A stretch of DNA of 58,251 nucleotides, from positions 1 through 58,251 of IMG/VR virus record IMGVR_UViG_3300044637_000534; one strand, given 5' to 3'. Below the pieces are notes generated by a model, which did no database searches, was not told the origin of the DNA, and worked only from the letters and a program-made list of their open reading frames with translations. The translations under genes and the position numbers were made by a program. This document shows, piece by piece, positions 7,593 through 16,707 of this stretch (position 1 is its first letter; every line of letters starts with the position of its first letter). Source of the DNA: a virus (Duplodnaviria; Caudoviricetes).

Positions 7593-9650
7593 ATGGCTGA
7601 ACAATTTGTTGGAATGGGCGTCCTCCGGGTGGTGCCCCCGGCTAAACTCGACGCCGCAGTACGAGCGGCAGACGAGGAGCGCGCAGCGCTGCAGGACGCC
7701 TCGCAAGAGCCGGTCATGACCAATCTGGCGGGCTACATCCGCTCCCAGTTCGATATGATGAAGCGCCACCGGAACACGGCATCGGGCTGGACCGACCGTC
7801 TCCTGCGCGCTTTGCGCACGTTCAATGGCGTCTACGACCCGACGCAGCTTGCCGAGATCAAGAAGTTCGGCGGCTCCGAGGTCTACGCCCGCATCATCGC
7901 GATGAAGTGCCGGGGAGCGTCCTCGCTCCTGCGTGACGTCTATCTCGCGCCCGAGCGCCCGTGGGGCCTCGACCCCTCGCCTGATCCCGAGATCCCCGAG
8001 ACCGTGATGCAGTCCATCATGCAGCTCGTCGACATCGAGACGGCGACCCTGACGGAAGGTGGCGCTCCGATTGATCCGACCGCCATCCGCGACCGCACCA
8101 GCCAGCTCGTCGAGGCGGCACGCCAGGCAGCGAAGAAACGCGCTGAACGCCGCACCAAGATCTCCGAGGACAAGATCGACGAGATCCTCATCGAGGGTAA
8201 TTTCTACAAGGCGCTGGCCGAGTTCATCACCGACCTGCCGCTCTTCCCCTTCGCCGTCATGAAGGGTCCCTACGTCAAGATCGTTCCGACCGTGCGCTGG
8301 GAAAACGGTCAGCCGACCGTGATGCAGAGCCCGCGCCTCATGTGGTCGCGCATCTCACCCTTCGACATCTGGTTCACGCCCGGCGTCAGCGACATCGAGG
8401 ACGCTGCCGTCATCGAGCGCTCGCGCCTGACGCGCGCCGACCTCAACGACCTGCTCGACCTGCCTGGCTACAACCAGGAAGCGATCCGCAGCGCGCTGCG
8501 CGATTACGGCCAGACGGGGCTCAACGAGGACTACGACGCCGCCACCGACAGCGAGCGGGCGTGGAACGAGAGCCGCGAAAGCCCCTTCATGAACGAGAGC
8601 CATCTGATCTCGTGCCTGGAGTATCACGGCAACGTCCAGGGGCAGATGCTCCTCGACTACGGCATGGATGAAGAGCAGGTCCCGGACCCCGAGCGCGACT
8701 ACTTCGTGCAGTGCTGGCTCGTCGGCCAGTACGTCATCAAGGTCCAGATGTCGCCGAGCCCGCGCAAGCGGCATCCGTATTTCGTGACGTCGTTCGAGAA
8801 GGTACCCGGCACGGTGGTCGGCAACGGCCTGCCCGACATCCTCAACGACATCCAGGACGTCTGCAACGCCTCGCTGCGTGCGCTCGTCAACAACCTCTCC
8901 ATCTCGTCCGGCCCGCAGGTCGTGGTCAACGACGACCGCCTGTCGCCCGACGAGGACGGCGAGGAGCTCTATCCGTGGAAGCGCTGGCACGTCCAGACGG
9001 ACCCGATGGGCAACAACGGGGCTCCGCCGATCAGCTTCTTCCAGCCCAACTCGAACGCTTCGGAGCTGCTCGGTGTCTACCAGAAGTTCTCAGAAATCGC
9101 CGACGAGATCTCGGCAATCCCGCGTTACCTCTCTGGCGCGGGTGCTGCTGGAGCGGGGCGCACTGCCTCCGGTCTGGCGATGCTTATGGGTAACGCCAGC
9201 AAGGTTCTCCAGACCGTTGCAGCGAACATCGACCGGGACATCCTCGATCCGCTTTTGAGGCAGCTCCTGGACATGATCCTGCTGACGGACGAGACCGGGA
9301 TGCTGTCCGGCGACGAGACCGTCAAGGTCATGGGCGTGTCGGTCGCGGTCCAGAAAGAGACGCAGCGTTCCCGCCAGCTCGAGTTCCTGCAGATCACGGC
9401 CAACCCGATCGACAGCCAGATCGTCGGTCCCAAGGGTCGCGCCGCACTGCTTCGCGCGGTCTCCGAAACGCTCGGCCTGCCCGGCTCCAACATCGTCCCG
9501 TCCGAGGACGACATGGACAAGCAGATGCAGGCCGCTCAGATGCAGGCCATGGCCGCAGCAGGCGGTCAGGCGCAGGGCGGTCAGGCTCCGCAAGGCGGCA
9601 ACGTCACGCAGGACATGGGTCCGCGCACCTCCATCGCAGGAGGTCCGTGA
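7593..9650 (+). CDS. Portal protein
   Basis: 685 aa, first gene of head operon; ISPFDIW, GNGLPDILNDIQ, RTASGLAMLM motifs; Q/G-rich tail. Confidence 0.88.
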   Translation: MAEQFVGMGVLRVVPPAKLDAAVRAADEERAALQDASQEPVMTNLAGYIRSQFDMMKRHRNTASGWTDRLLRALRTFNGVYDPTQLAEIKKFGGSEVYARIIAMKCRGASSLLRDVYLAPERPWGLDPSPDPEIPETVMQSIMQLVDIETATLTEGGAPIDPTAIRDRTSQLVEAARQAAKKRAERRTKISEDKIDEILIEGNFYKALAEFITDLPLFPFAVMKGPYVKIVPTVRWENGQPTVMQSPRLMWSRISPFDIWFTPGVSDIEDAAVIERSRLTRADLNDLLDLPGYNQEAIRSALRDYGQTGLNEDYDAATDSERAWNESRESPFMNESHLISCLEYHGNVQGQMLLDYGMDEEQVPDPERDYFVQCWLVGQYVIKVQMSPSPRKRHPYFVTSFEKVPGTVVGNGLPDILNDIQDVCNASLRALVNNLSISSGPQVVVNDDRLSPDEDGEELYPWKRWHVQTDPMGNNGAPPISFFQPNSNASELLGVYQKFSEIADEISAIPRYLSGAGAAGAGRTASGLAMLMGNASKVLQTVAANIDRDILDPLLRQLLDMILLTDETGMLSGDETVKVMGVSVAVQKETQRSRQLEFLQITANPIDSQIVGPKGRAALLRAVSETLGLPGSNIVPSEDDMDKQMQAAQMQAMAAAGGQAQGGQAPQGGNVTQDMGPRTSIAGGP

Positions 9651-10225
9651 TGGCCTTCAACCCCTTCGCCGGACCCAAACGCCCCGACGCACCGAGCTAC
9701 GACGCGGCCTACCAGGAAGCCTCGCGCCAGACAGCGGCCAACGCTGCTGCCTGGCGTCCGCAGAAGGTCAGCCCGCAGGACATGAAGGCCCAGCTCGCCC
9801 AGAAGCTCGCCGCCTGGCGGGCTCAGCCGGTGGGTGCAGGTGGTCGTCGCGCGCTCCCGGTCGGAACGCCCCAGGTGCCCTATCAGCGGGTCAACCCGCA
9901 GGACGTCTACAATCAGCGGATGACTGCATACCAGCAGCAGCTCGCTGACTGGCAGAGGCAGCAGGAAGAATGGCAGCGCCAGCAGCGCGAGTACTTCCAG
10001 CAACAGAACATCGATTACGGCGGCGGTAGTGGCGGCGACGGCGGCTCCAATTTCGGAGGCGGTGGCGACAGCAGCGCTGGCGGGTCTCCCGCAGGCGACG
10101 GCGGCGGTGCGATGGGTGGGGCCATGTCGCGCGGCGGCAAGGTTCAGAGGTTCAGCAAAGGTGGCATGGTCAGCGACAGCTTCTCGAAGATGTCGCGCCA
10201 TTTCGCGAAGAAAGGGTCCATGTAA
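9647..10225 (+). CDS. Q/G-rich low-complexity protein with C-terminal GG motifs
   Basis: MSRGGKV and FSKGGMV; coupled to portal. Confidence 0.7.
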   Translation: MMAFNPFAGPKRPDAPSYDAAYQEASRQTAANAAAWRPQKVSPQDMKAQLAQKLAAWRAQPVGAGGRRALPVGTPQVPYQRVNPQDVYNQRMTAYQQQLADWQRQQEEWQRQQREYFQQQNIDYGGGSGGDGGSNFGGGGDSSAGGSPAGDGGGAMGGAMSRGGKVQRFSKGGMVSDSFSKMSRHFAKKGSM

Positions 10226-10587
10226 TGAATAAATTCTACAAGGGTAAGCCAGCGAAACTGGTCGCCGTGCATCATTTCAATGGTGGCGGCGCGGTCCGTC
10301 GTTCAGAGAACGTCGAACAGGCTATCGCTGAGCGGAAGTACCGCGACACTGTCCGCGATGTCGTAGACGCGAAATCCGCACCGGCCAAAACGACAGACGA
10401 CATGCGTATCAACGACGCACTCGCCGACCGCGCCAGCCGCCGTCGCGATGCTGAGTTCACTAATCGCAATAAGTCGTCTGCCCGCACGGGGTACGATTAT
10501 TCGTATCAGGCTCAGGACAAAGAGCCCAAGACCACCGCGTCCCAGCGTCTCAAGAACTCGCCGGTCAACATCGGTGAGGACGACTGA
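10225..10587 (+). CDS. Hypothetical protein (FNGGGAV motif)
   Basis: TAATG coupling. Confidence 0.7.
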   Translation: MNKFYKGKPAKLVAVHHFNGGGAVRRSENVEQAIAERKYRDTVRDVVDAKSAPAKTTDDMRINDALADRASRRRDAEFTNRNKSSARTGYDYSYQAQDKEPKTTASQRLKNSPVNIGEDD

Positions 10588-10802
10588 TGCGTGCACCGAA
10601 GGTATCGACCAAGTCACCGCGCCTTAAAGCCGTCGCAGGTGGCGAGGTGCCGATCCAGAAAATCGGACAGTTGAGAGGCAAGGGCATGAACGCAGGTGGT
10701 TCGCCCAACGACCTCAAGAAGCTGTTTCCCAAAGGTTCCCGCTTTGCTCCGAAGTTTTCGAAGGGCGGGAAAGTGAGCAAGCGCGATCGCGGTTGCAAAT
10801 AA
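10587..10802 (+). CDS. Small basic protein (FSKGGKV motif)
   Basis: TGATG coupling. Confidence 0.65.
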   Translation: MRAPKVSTKSPRLKAVAGGEVPIQKIGQLRGKGMNAGGSPNDLKKLFPKGSRFAPKFSKGGKVSKRDRGCK

Positions 10803-10825
10803 CCTGGCCAGGTAAGGAGTGATCC

Positions 10826-11029
10826 ATGAAGTCAAAGGCTGAGAAGACCGGCATGTCCGGTTTCGAGTTCGCCAAAGGCGGCCCGAGCGGTATGCACAAG
10901 TTCACCCCGTCGAAGACGCAGGAGCCCGGTCAGACCGGCCCGGCTGGCACCGACACGGGTGAGTTTGCCAAAGGCGGCAAGCGTCTGGGCGACATCCAGC
11001 GTCCGTCGATGACCCAGAAGTCTGCGTGA
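10826..11029 (+). CDS. Small protein with two FAKGG motifs
   Basis: TAAGGAG RBS. Confidence 0.75.
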   Translation: MKSKAEKTGMSGFEFAKGGPSGMHKFTPSKTQEPGQTGPAGTDTGEFAKGGKRLGDIQRPSMTQKSA

Positions 11030-11036
11030 GGCTTCC

Positions 11037-11231
11037 ATGAAGCCTGACGCAAAGAAGCCTGCCAAGGAGATCAAGGCGGAAATGCTTCCGTCTCGGTTCT
11101 CTCGCACAGATGTTACGGGCGACGTCTCTTACGCCCGTATCAACAACAATTACGCGAAGAAGCCTCCGGCTGATCCTGTCCTCGACACGACGGCACAGAA
11201 CTATTTCCGCGTAATGATCGGTGGCCGATGA
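11037..11231 (+). CDS. Small hypothetical protein
   Basis: GAGG RBS; tiles operon. Confidence 0.65.
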   Translation: MKPDAKKPAKEIKAEMLPSRFSRTDVTGDVSYARINNNYAKKPPADPVLDTTAQNYFRVMIGGR

Positions 11232-11467
11232 ATGATCGCGAGTTGATCCTCGCAGCGGCCAAATTAGCGAGAACGGCCCCTGAGAACTGGAACGAGTTCT
11301 TGGGGGCTCTCGCCGCACATACTGACAATCAAATCTCCAACTGCATCTCGTCGCCGCTCGAGGCGCTCCCCCAGAACCAAGGCCGCGCCCAATCCATGGT
11401 CGCGCTCCTCAAGGTCCTGCGCGAGTGCCTGAAGACCGCCGACCAGATTGAAGGAAAACGTAGATGA
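11228..11467 (+). CDS. Small helical head-assembly-region protein
   Basis: Precedes scaffold; QNQGRAQ motif typical of this position. Confidence 0.7.
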   Translation: MNDRELILAAAKLARTAPENWNEFLGALAAHTDNQISNCISSPLEALPQNQGRAQSMVALLKVLRECLKTADQIEGKRR

Positions 11468-12492
11468 GCACGCCTCAAATTGACGAAAGCGTTATGATCC
11501 CCGCCGCCGTGAAGGCCGCAGGTGCCGCCGCCGAAGCCTATTATCAGCAGGAAGCCCAGGGAACCGCGAATGGGGACCAGGAAGCGAAGCCGGAGGAAAT
11601 CTCCGCTGAAATCGAGGCCAAAGAGCCCGAAGCCCGACAGGAAGAGACCAAGAGCGGCGTTACTTTCGAGAGTAGCCCGGAAGCCAAACCGGAAGACGAA
11701 CAGTCCTGGGAACATCGATACAAGTCCATGAAGGGGCGGTTCGACCGCTCGCAGGACCAGATCCGCTCGCTGTCCGAACAGATCCAGAGCTTGCAGGGCG
11801 TCATCTCCACGATGCAGGCGACTTCGCCCGCGCCCGCGTCCGCCGAGGCCGAAGCGGCCATCGAGCGCCTGATTACGCCCGAGGAAGAGAGCGATTACGG
11901 GTCGGAGTTCCTCAAGGTGGTGGGCAAGAAAGCCCGCGAGGAGCTGCTGCCGGTCATCAACAAGTATGAGGCCAAGATTGCCCAGCTCGAAGGGCAGTTG
12001 CAGGGCGTTGGCGGGAAGATTGCGCAGGATGCCCGGCAGCATATGTTGACGCAGCTCGACGAGCGACTGCCAAACTGGCGTGAAATCAACCGAGATGAAA
12101 CCTTCCTGAATTGGTTACAGTTGCCAGACCTTTATTCTGGTGCTATTAGACATGAACTATTGAAGGCTGCATACGAGCGGAACGACGCCCCTCGGGTCGC
12201 GGCTTTCTTCACAGGCTTCCTCGCTGAAGAGGCTGCTGTGGCCCCCGCGAATGGAGAGGCTGGCCGGAGCGAAGCTCCCGCCAAACCGTCTCTCGATCAG
12301 TTCGCGGCTCCCGGCAGAGCCAAGTCTGCGGCAGCGACGACCGCTCCCGCTGAGAAGCCCTTCTTCACACGCGCTCAGATCGCGAAGTTCTACGCTGACG
12401 CCGCTGCGGGCAAGTATCGCGGGCGAGATGCGGACAGAGATCGGCTCGAAAAGCAGATCTTCGACGCTCAGCGAGAAGGGCGCATCAGGTAA
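11464..12492 (+). CDS. Capsid scaffolding protein
   Basis: Acidic N-terminus, coiled coil, C-terminal IFDAQREGRIR; immediately upstream of the major capsid gene. Confidence 0.75.
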   Translation: MSTPQIDESVMIPAAVKAAGAAAEAYYQQEAQGTANGDQEAKPEEISAEIEAKEPEARQEETKSGVTFESSPEAKPEDEQSWEHRYKSMKGRFDRSQDQIRSLSEQIQSLQGVISTMQATSPAPASAEAEAAIERLITPEEESDYGSEFLKVVGKKAREELLPVINKYEAKIAQLEGQLQGVGGKIAQDARQHMLTQLDERLPNWREINRDETFLNWLQLPDLYSGAIRHELLKAAYERNDAPRVAAFFTGFLAEEAAVAPANGEAGRSEAPAKPSLDQFAAPGRAKSAAATTAPAEKPFFTRAQIAKFYADAAAGKYRGRDADRDRLEKQIFDAQREGRIR

Positions 12493-12516
12493 ATCCTTCT
12501 CTGAGGAGCCACTTCC

Positions 12517-13503
12517 ATGGCATTTCCTAACGCAGGTGCGGGCACGACCCCTCCGATTTGGCCGACTGGTTCGACCTCCAACAACCTCGCCTCCACGGGC
12601 TTCATCCCCCAGATCTGGTCGGGCAAGCTCGTCGAAAAGTTCTACGCGAACACTGTTCTCGCGGCGATCTCGAACACCGACTACGAAGGTGAGATCCGCA
12701 ACCAGGGCGACCTGGTCAAGATCCGCACGAAGCCGACGGTTTCGATCAAGGATTACCGCGCTGACGGTGACCTCGAAATCGAACGCCCGACGGGCAACGT
12801 GCTCGAGCTGAACATCGACAAGGGCAAGTACTTCGCCCTCGCTCTCGACGACGTGATGGAGATCCAGTCGGACCTCAACATCATGTCGATGTGGGCTGAC
12901 GATGCTTCGCAGCAGTTCAAGATCACGGTCGACACGGACGTCCTCAAGGGCATCCTCGGCGGCTGCGTGGCTCAGAACCGTGGCACGACGGCTGGCAAGA
13001 TCTCCGGCAACATCAACCTCGGTGCAACGACGACCCCGCTCGCGGTGGTCTCGAACTCGCCGGGCGCCGGTCAGGTCGACATCCTCGACGCGATCCTTCG
13101 CATGGGCCAGGTGCTCGATGAACAGAACATCCCGGAAGATGGCCGCTGGCTCGTCCTCCCGGTGTGGGCTGCTTACCTCATCAAGCGCTCGGAACTCCGC
13201 CAGGCTTACCTGACGGGTGACGCGGTTTCGCCGCTCCGTAACGGTCGCGTTGGCCAGGTGGACCGCTTCACGCTGTACACCTCCAACCTGCTCCCGAGCG
13301 GCGTTGCCGGTGGTCTGGCTGCTGGCGAATACGCCATGTACGCCGGTCACAGCCACGGCCTGACGTTCGCCTCGCAGTTCACGAAGGTCGAGACGATCCG
13401 CTCCGAGCGTTCGTTCTCGAACATCCTGCGTGGTCTCCAGGTGTACGGCTACAAGGTCGTCGACGGTATCGCTCTGTCGCAGGCGATCATCACCAAGGCG
13501 TAA
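12517..13503 (+). CDS. Major capsid protein
   Basis: FIPQIWSGKL, NTDYEGEI, GRWLVLP, RGLQVYGYKV motifs; strong codon bias; followed by terminator. Confidence 0.92.
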   Translation: MAFPNAGAGTTPPIWPTGSTSNNLASTGFIPQIWSGKLVEKFYANTVLAAISNTDYEGEIRNQGDLVKIRTKPTVSIKDYRADGDLEIERPTGNVLELNIDKGKYFALALDDVMEIQSDLNIMSMWADDASQQFKITVDTDVLKGILGGCVAQNRGTTAGKISGNINLGATTTPLAVVSNSPGAGQVDILDAILRMGQVLDEQNIPEDGRWLVLPVWAAYLIKRSELRQAYLTGDAVSPLRNGRVGQVDRFTLYTSNLLPSGVAGGLAAGEYAMYAGHSHGLTFASQFTKVETIRSERSFSNILRGLQVYGYKVVDGIALSQAIITKA

Positions 13504-13511
13504 GCCTTGAC

Positions 13512-13552
13512 GCTCCCCCGGTCTTGAAAACCGGGGGAGCACTTTGTCTTTT
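13512..13552 (+). terminator. Rho-independent terminator after major capsid gene
   Basis: GCTCCCCCGGT-CTTGAAA-ACCGGGGGAGC then ACTTTGTCTTTT. Confidence 0.85.
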
Positions 13553-13564
13553 GCGGGGTGATCG

Positions 13565-13918
13565 ATGGCGCTCGATACGGTCCAGGATTACATCGACCGG
13601 GCTCGGGTCCTCTTGCAGGACACGGTACAGCCCTATCGTTACTCGACCACAGACCTGGTCGAGGCTCTCTCCGAGGGCATCCTCGAGACGCGCCGCCTTC
13701 GTCCCGACCTCCTGCAGAATTACTTTCGCAGTAACCTGCCGGACTTCTCTGCGTCGAACATGGCGCAGGCCGTCCCGATCGACCCGCAGTATCGGATGGC
13801 GTTCATCTACTACATCTGCGGCATGACCCAGCTCCGCGACGACGAGAACGTCCAGGACAGCCGTGCTGCGCTGTTCATGAACAAGTTCATCTCGCAGATG
13901 CTGACGATTACGGCGTGA
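13565..13918 (+). CDS. Head-tail adaptor-like protein
   Basis: RARVLLQD...YRYS...LRPD pattern; position after capsid gene. Confidence 0.65.
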   Translation: MALDTVQDYIDRARVLLQDTVQPYRYSTTDLVEALSEGILETRRLRPDLLQNYFRSNLPDFSASNMAQAVPIDPQYRMAFIYYICGMTQLRDDENVQDSRAALFMNKFISQMLTITA

Positions 13919-13925
13919 GGCATCG

Positions 13926-14555
13926 ATGGCCAGCATCGACATGAACCGCCTCATGGACAACGCCAGGATCAAACTTCCTGGCGCGCTGGACGGCGTTCTC
14001 CAGATGGAGATGGTCAACGTCCTCAACGAATTCTTCAACGGCTCGAACCTCTGGTACGAGGACATCCCGTTCCAGGTCACGCCGACGTCCGACAGCTACC
14101 TCGAGAACCCGGCTGCGTGGACCTACACGATTGTGCCGTCGCAAGGTCAGATCAACCGCCTGATGTGGGTGATGACCTCCGAAAGCCTGCCCGTCCCGGT
14201 CGGGATGCCGATCCCCGGCGAGCTCATCCTCGGACGCCAGCCTAGCCAGGCCGACACCTATACCGCCCGCGTTGCACTCGTCCTGGGCGACCAGACGACC
14301 CGCGAGGGCTACCCGGATTTCCCCGACTGGATCTTGAGCAAGTACTACCCGGACCTGCTCGACGGCGTCCTCGGCGCGATGATGGGTCAGCTCGCGAAAC
14401 CCTATTCAAACCCACAGCTCGCACAGTTCCATCTGCGTCGTTTCCGCAGTGCGATCAGTACAGCGAAGGTTGAAGCTCAGCATGAGAATGTGTATCGTGG
14501 CCAAAGCTGGAGGTTTCCCCAGAACTTTGTCCGCAGAAGGTTTAGATATTTCTGA
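13926..14555 (+). CDS. Tail adaptor / tail tubular A-like protein
   Basis: Position; C-terminal KPYSNPQLA motif. Confidence 0.6.
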   Translation: MASIDMNRLMDNARIKLPGALDGVLQMEMVNVLNEFFNGSNLWYEDIPFQVTPTSDSYLENPAAWTYTIVPSQGQINRLMWVMTSESLPVPVGMPIPGELILGRQPSQADTYTARVALVLGDQTTREGYPDFPDWILSKYYPDLLDGVLGAMMGQLAKPYSNPQLAQFHLRRFRSAISTAKVEAQHENVYRGQSWRFPQNFVRRRFRYF

Positions 14556-14590
14556 CGTTACCTTCTGGTAACAAGTAGAAGGGGCTCGAG

Positions 14591-15013
14591 ATGGCCAGTT
14601 ATAACAAGTTCCAGGTGTTCACGAAGAACCTGATTGACGGAGCGCACGACTTCGATGCGCACACGTTCAAGATCATGCTGACGAACACTGCGCCGGTAAA
14701 CACGAACTCGATCAAGGCGGACATCACCGAGATCAGCGCGGGCAACGGCTACACGGCTGGCGGCACGGCCACCTCGATCACGACCTCGACGGCCACGGGC
14801 ACGGCGAAGGTGGTGGGCACCGACGTGGTGTTCACGGCGACGGGGGGCACCATCGGACCCTTCCGCTACGCGGTGTTCTACAACGACACGCAGTCGAGCC
14901 CGGCCAAGCCGCTCATCTCCTGGTGGGACTACGGCTCCTCGATCACGCTCAACGACACCGAAACGCTGACCGTCGACTTCGACGCGGTCAACGGCATCTT
15001 CACGATCGCGTAA
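14591..15013 (+). CDS. Virion structural (fibre/tube-like) protein
   Basis: T/G-rich beta protein with FKIML and GNGYTAGG; high-expression codon bias. Confidence 0.65.
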   Translation: MASYNKFQVFTKNLIDGAHDFDAHTFKIMLTNTAPVNTNSIKADITEISAGNGYTAGGTATSITTSTATGTAKVVGTDVVFTATGGTIGPFRYAVFYNDTQSSPAKPLISWWDYGSSITLNDTETLTVDFDAVNGIFTIA

Positions 15014-15026
15014 GGGCTGAAACCGG

Positions 15027-16520
15027 ATGGTTCTGTCGGTCAAACACACCTTCACATCGCCGAAGGCTGACGGTACTGACAGTACCCTCATCCAGCCTTC
15101 CAACTGGAACGCCGAGCACACGATCACGCTCGCTGCGGGCAAGATCCTTGGGCGCGACAGCTCGGGCTCCGGCGCGGTTCAGGAGCTCTCGCTCTCGTTC
15201 GACCCGACGCAGCAGTCGATGATCCCGCCCACGGGCACGACCGCCCAGCGTCCGGCGACGGCGGCTGCGGGTATGCTGCGCTACAACACGGACCTCGCCA
15301 AGGTCGAACTCTACAACGGCACGAGCTGGGGCTCGGTCGGCGGCGGTGCGGCGATCTCGGACACCGGTCCTGCGAACCCCCAGCCGGGTGATTTGTGGTG
15401 GAAGTCCGACGAGGGCCAGCTCTACGTTTATTACAACGACGGAACGTCGTCCCAGTGGGTCATCGCCAACGCCTTCATGGGCGGCACGGCGTTCGGCGAC
15501 ATTACGGTCACCTCGATCAACGCGGGTCCGCTTGCTGGCACGCGCAATCGCATCATCAACGGTGCGATGGAGATCGACCAGCGCAACAACGGCGCAGCGG
15601 TCGCAAACTCTGGCAGTTATACAGTTGATCGTTGGGCGGACAGCTATATTGGTTCAGGGCGCTATACGGCGCAACGCTCCACCGTTGCACCAACCGGGTT
15701 CACGAACAGCCTCCTCCATACGGTCTCAACGGCGGTTTCGCCTGCCGCAACCGATGTGTATCAGATCCTTCAGGCTATTGAGGCGGTGAATATCGCTGAT
15801 TTCGCTTGGGGTGGTTCGGCGGCAAAAACTGTCACGCTGTCGTTTTGGGTACGGTCGAGCGTAGCCGGGTCGTATAGCTTGAAGCTTTCGAATGGGCCAA
15901 CGATCAATCGTAGCTATGTTACGACCTACACGATCAATGCGGCCAACACCTGGGAATACAAGACCGTGACGATCCCCGGTGACACATCTGGGACGTGGGT
16001 GAGTGACAACACGGCTGGACTATTCCTCTGTTTCGATCTTGGCTGTGGGTCGAATTTCAACACTGGCTCGCTTAATACGTGGCAAGCCGGTAATTTTTAT
16101 CGCGCCGCAGGCACGGTGAACCTCATCTCCAACAACGGTGCCACGTTCTACGTGACGGGCGTCCAGCTTGAGGTGGGTTCGCAGGCCACTCCGTTCGAGC
16201 GCCGGAACTATCAGCAGGAACTGGCGATGTGCCAGCGGTATTACTGGCGGGTGTCGCATCCGTTCTTCAGCTCGAACTACGCTCCGTATACCACAAATGC
16301 TCAGCTCAGCGAGGTTATTGCGTGCCCTGTAGATATGCGCGCAACACCGACGACTTCGATTAACACCACAGGCATGAACATATCGGGGATTGGTTCGCCG
16401 GGTAGCAGTGCAATGTCGCGTCGATCCATCAAAATTGGCGCAGTGTCGACGACTGCCACCACCAATGCATACTTCACATCGGTGTCCGGCAACTTCTTTG
16501 ATGCAAGTGCGGAGCTCTGA
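15027..16520 (+). CDS. Tail fibre / receptor-binding protein 1
   Basis: PTGTTAQRP..GMLRYN, PGDLWW modules, RNRIING...CQRYY domain, ends SAEL. Confidence 0.8.
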   Translation: MVLSVKHTFTSPKADGTDSTLIQPSNWNAEHTITLAAGKILGRDSSGSGAVQELSLSFDPTQQSMIPPTGTTAQRPATAAAGMLRYNTDLAKVELYNGTSWGSVGGGAAISDTGPANPQPGDLWWKSDEGQLYVYYNDGTSSQWVIANAFMGGTAFGDITVTSINAGPLAGTRNRIINGAMEIDQRNNGAAVANSGSYTVDRWADSYIGSGRYTAQRSTVAPTGFTNSLLHTVSTAVSPAATDVYQILQAIEAVNIADFAWGGSAAKTVTLSFWVRSSVAGSYSLKLSNGPTINRSYVTTYTINAANTWEYKTVTIPGDTSGTWVSDNTAGLFLCFDLGCGSNFNTGSLNTWQAGNFYRAAGTVNLISNNGATFYVTGVQLEVGSQATPFERRNYQQELAMCQRYYWRVSHPFFSSNYAPYTTNAQLSEVIACPVDMRATPTTSINTTGMNISGIGSPGSSAMSRRSIKIGAVSTTATTNAYFTSVSGNFFDASAEL

Positions 16521-16521
16521 T

Positions 16522-16707
16522 ATGGCGCAATATACTAACGCGCAGTGGATCGACCTTGGCGAGCAGCACATCGGTATCCGCGTCGACATCGATGGCGTCC
16601 CATCGACGGTACCGCTCGACCCCGCGAACTCCGATTACGCAGCGATCATGAAACTCGTTGGCGAGGGCAAACTCGTCATCGCCCCCGCTACTGCGGAGAC
16701 TGAATAA
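16522..16707 (+). CDS. Fibre chaperone-like small protein 1
   Basis: MAQYTNAQW...VPLDPANSDY...GKLVI; paralogue of 18122 and 19185. Confidence 0.75.
   Translation: MAQYTNAQWIDLGEQHIGIRVDIDGVPSTVPLDPANSDYAAIMKLVGEGKLVIAPATAETE

Noticed and set aside
9930-10130. CAG and GGC repeats as a DNA repeat element
   Set aside because: Explained by Gln- and Gly-rich low-complexity protein coding
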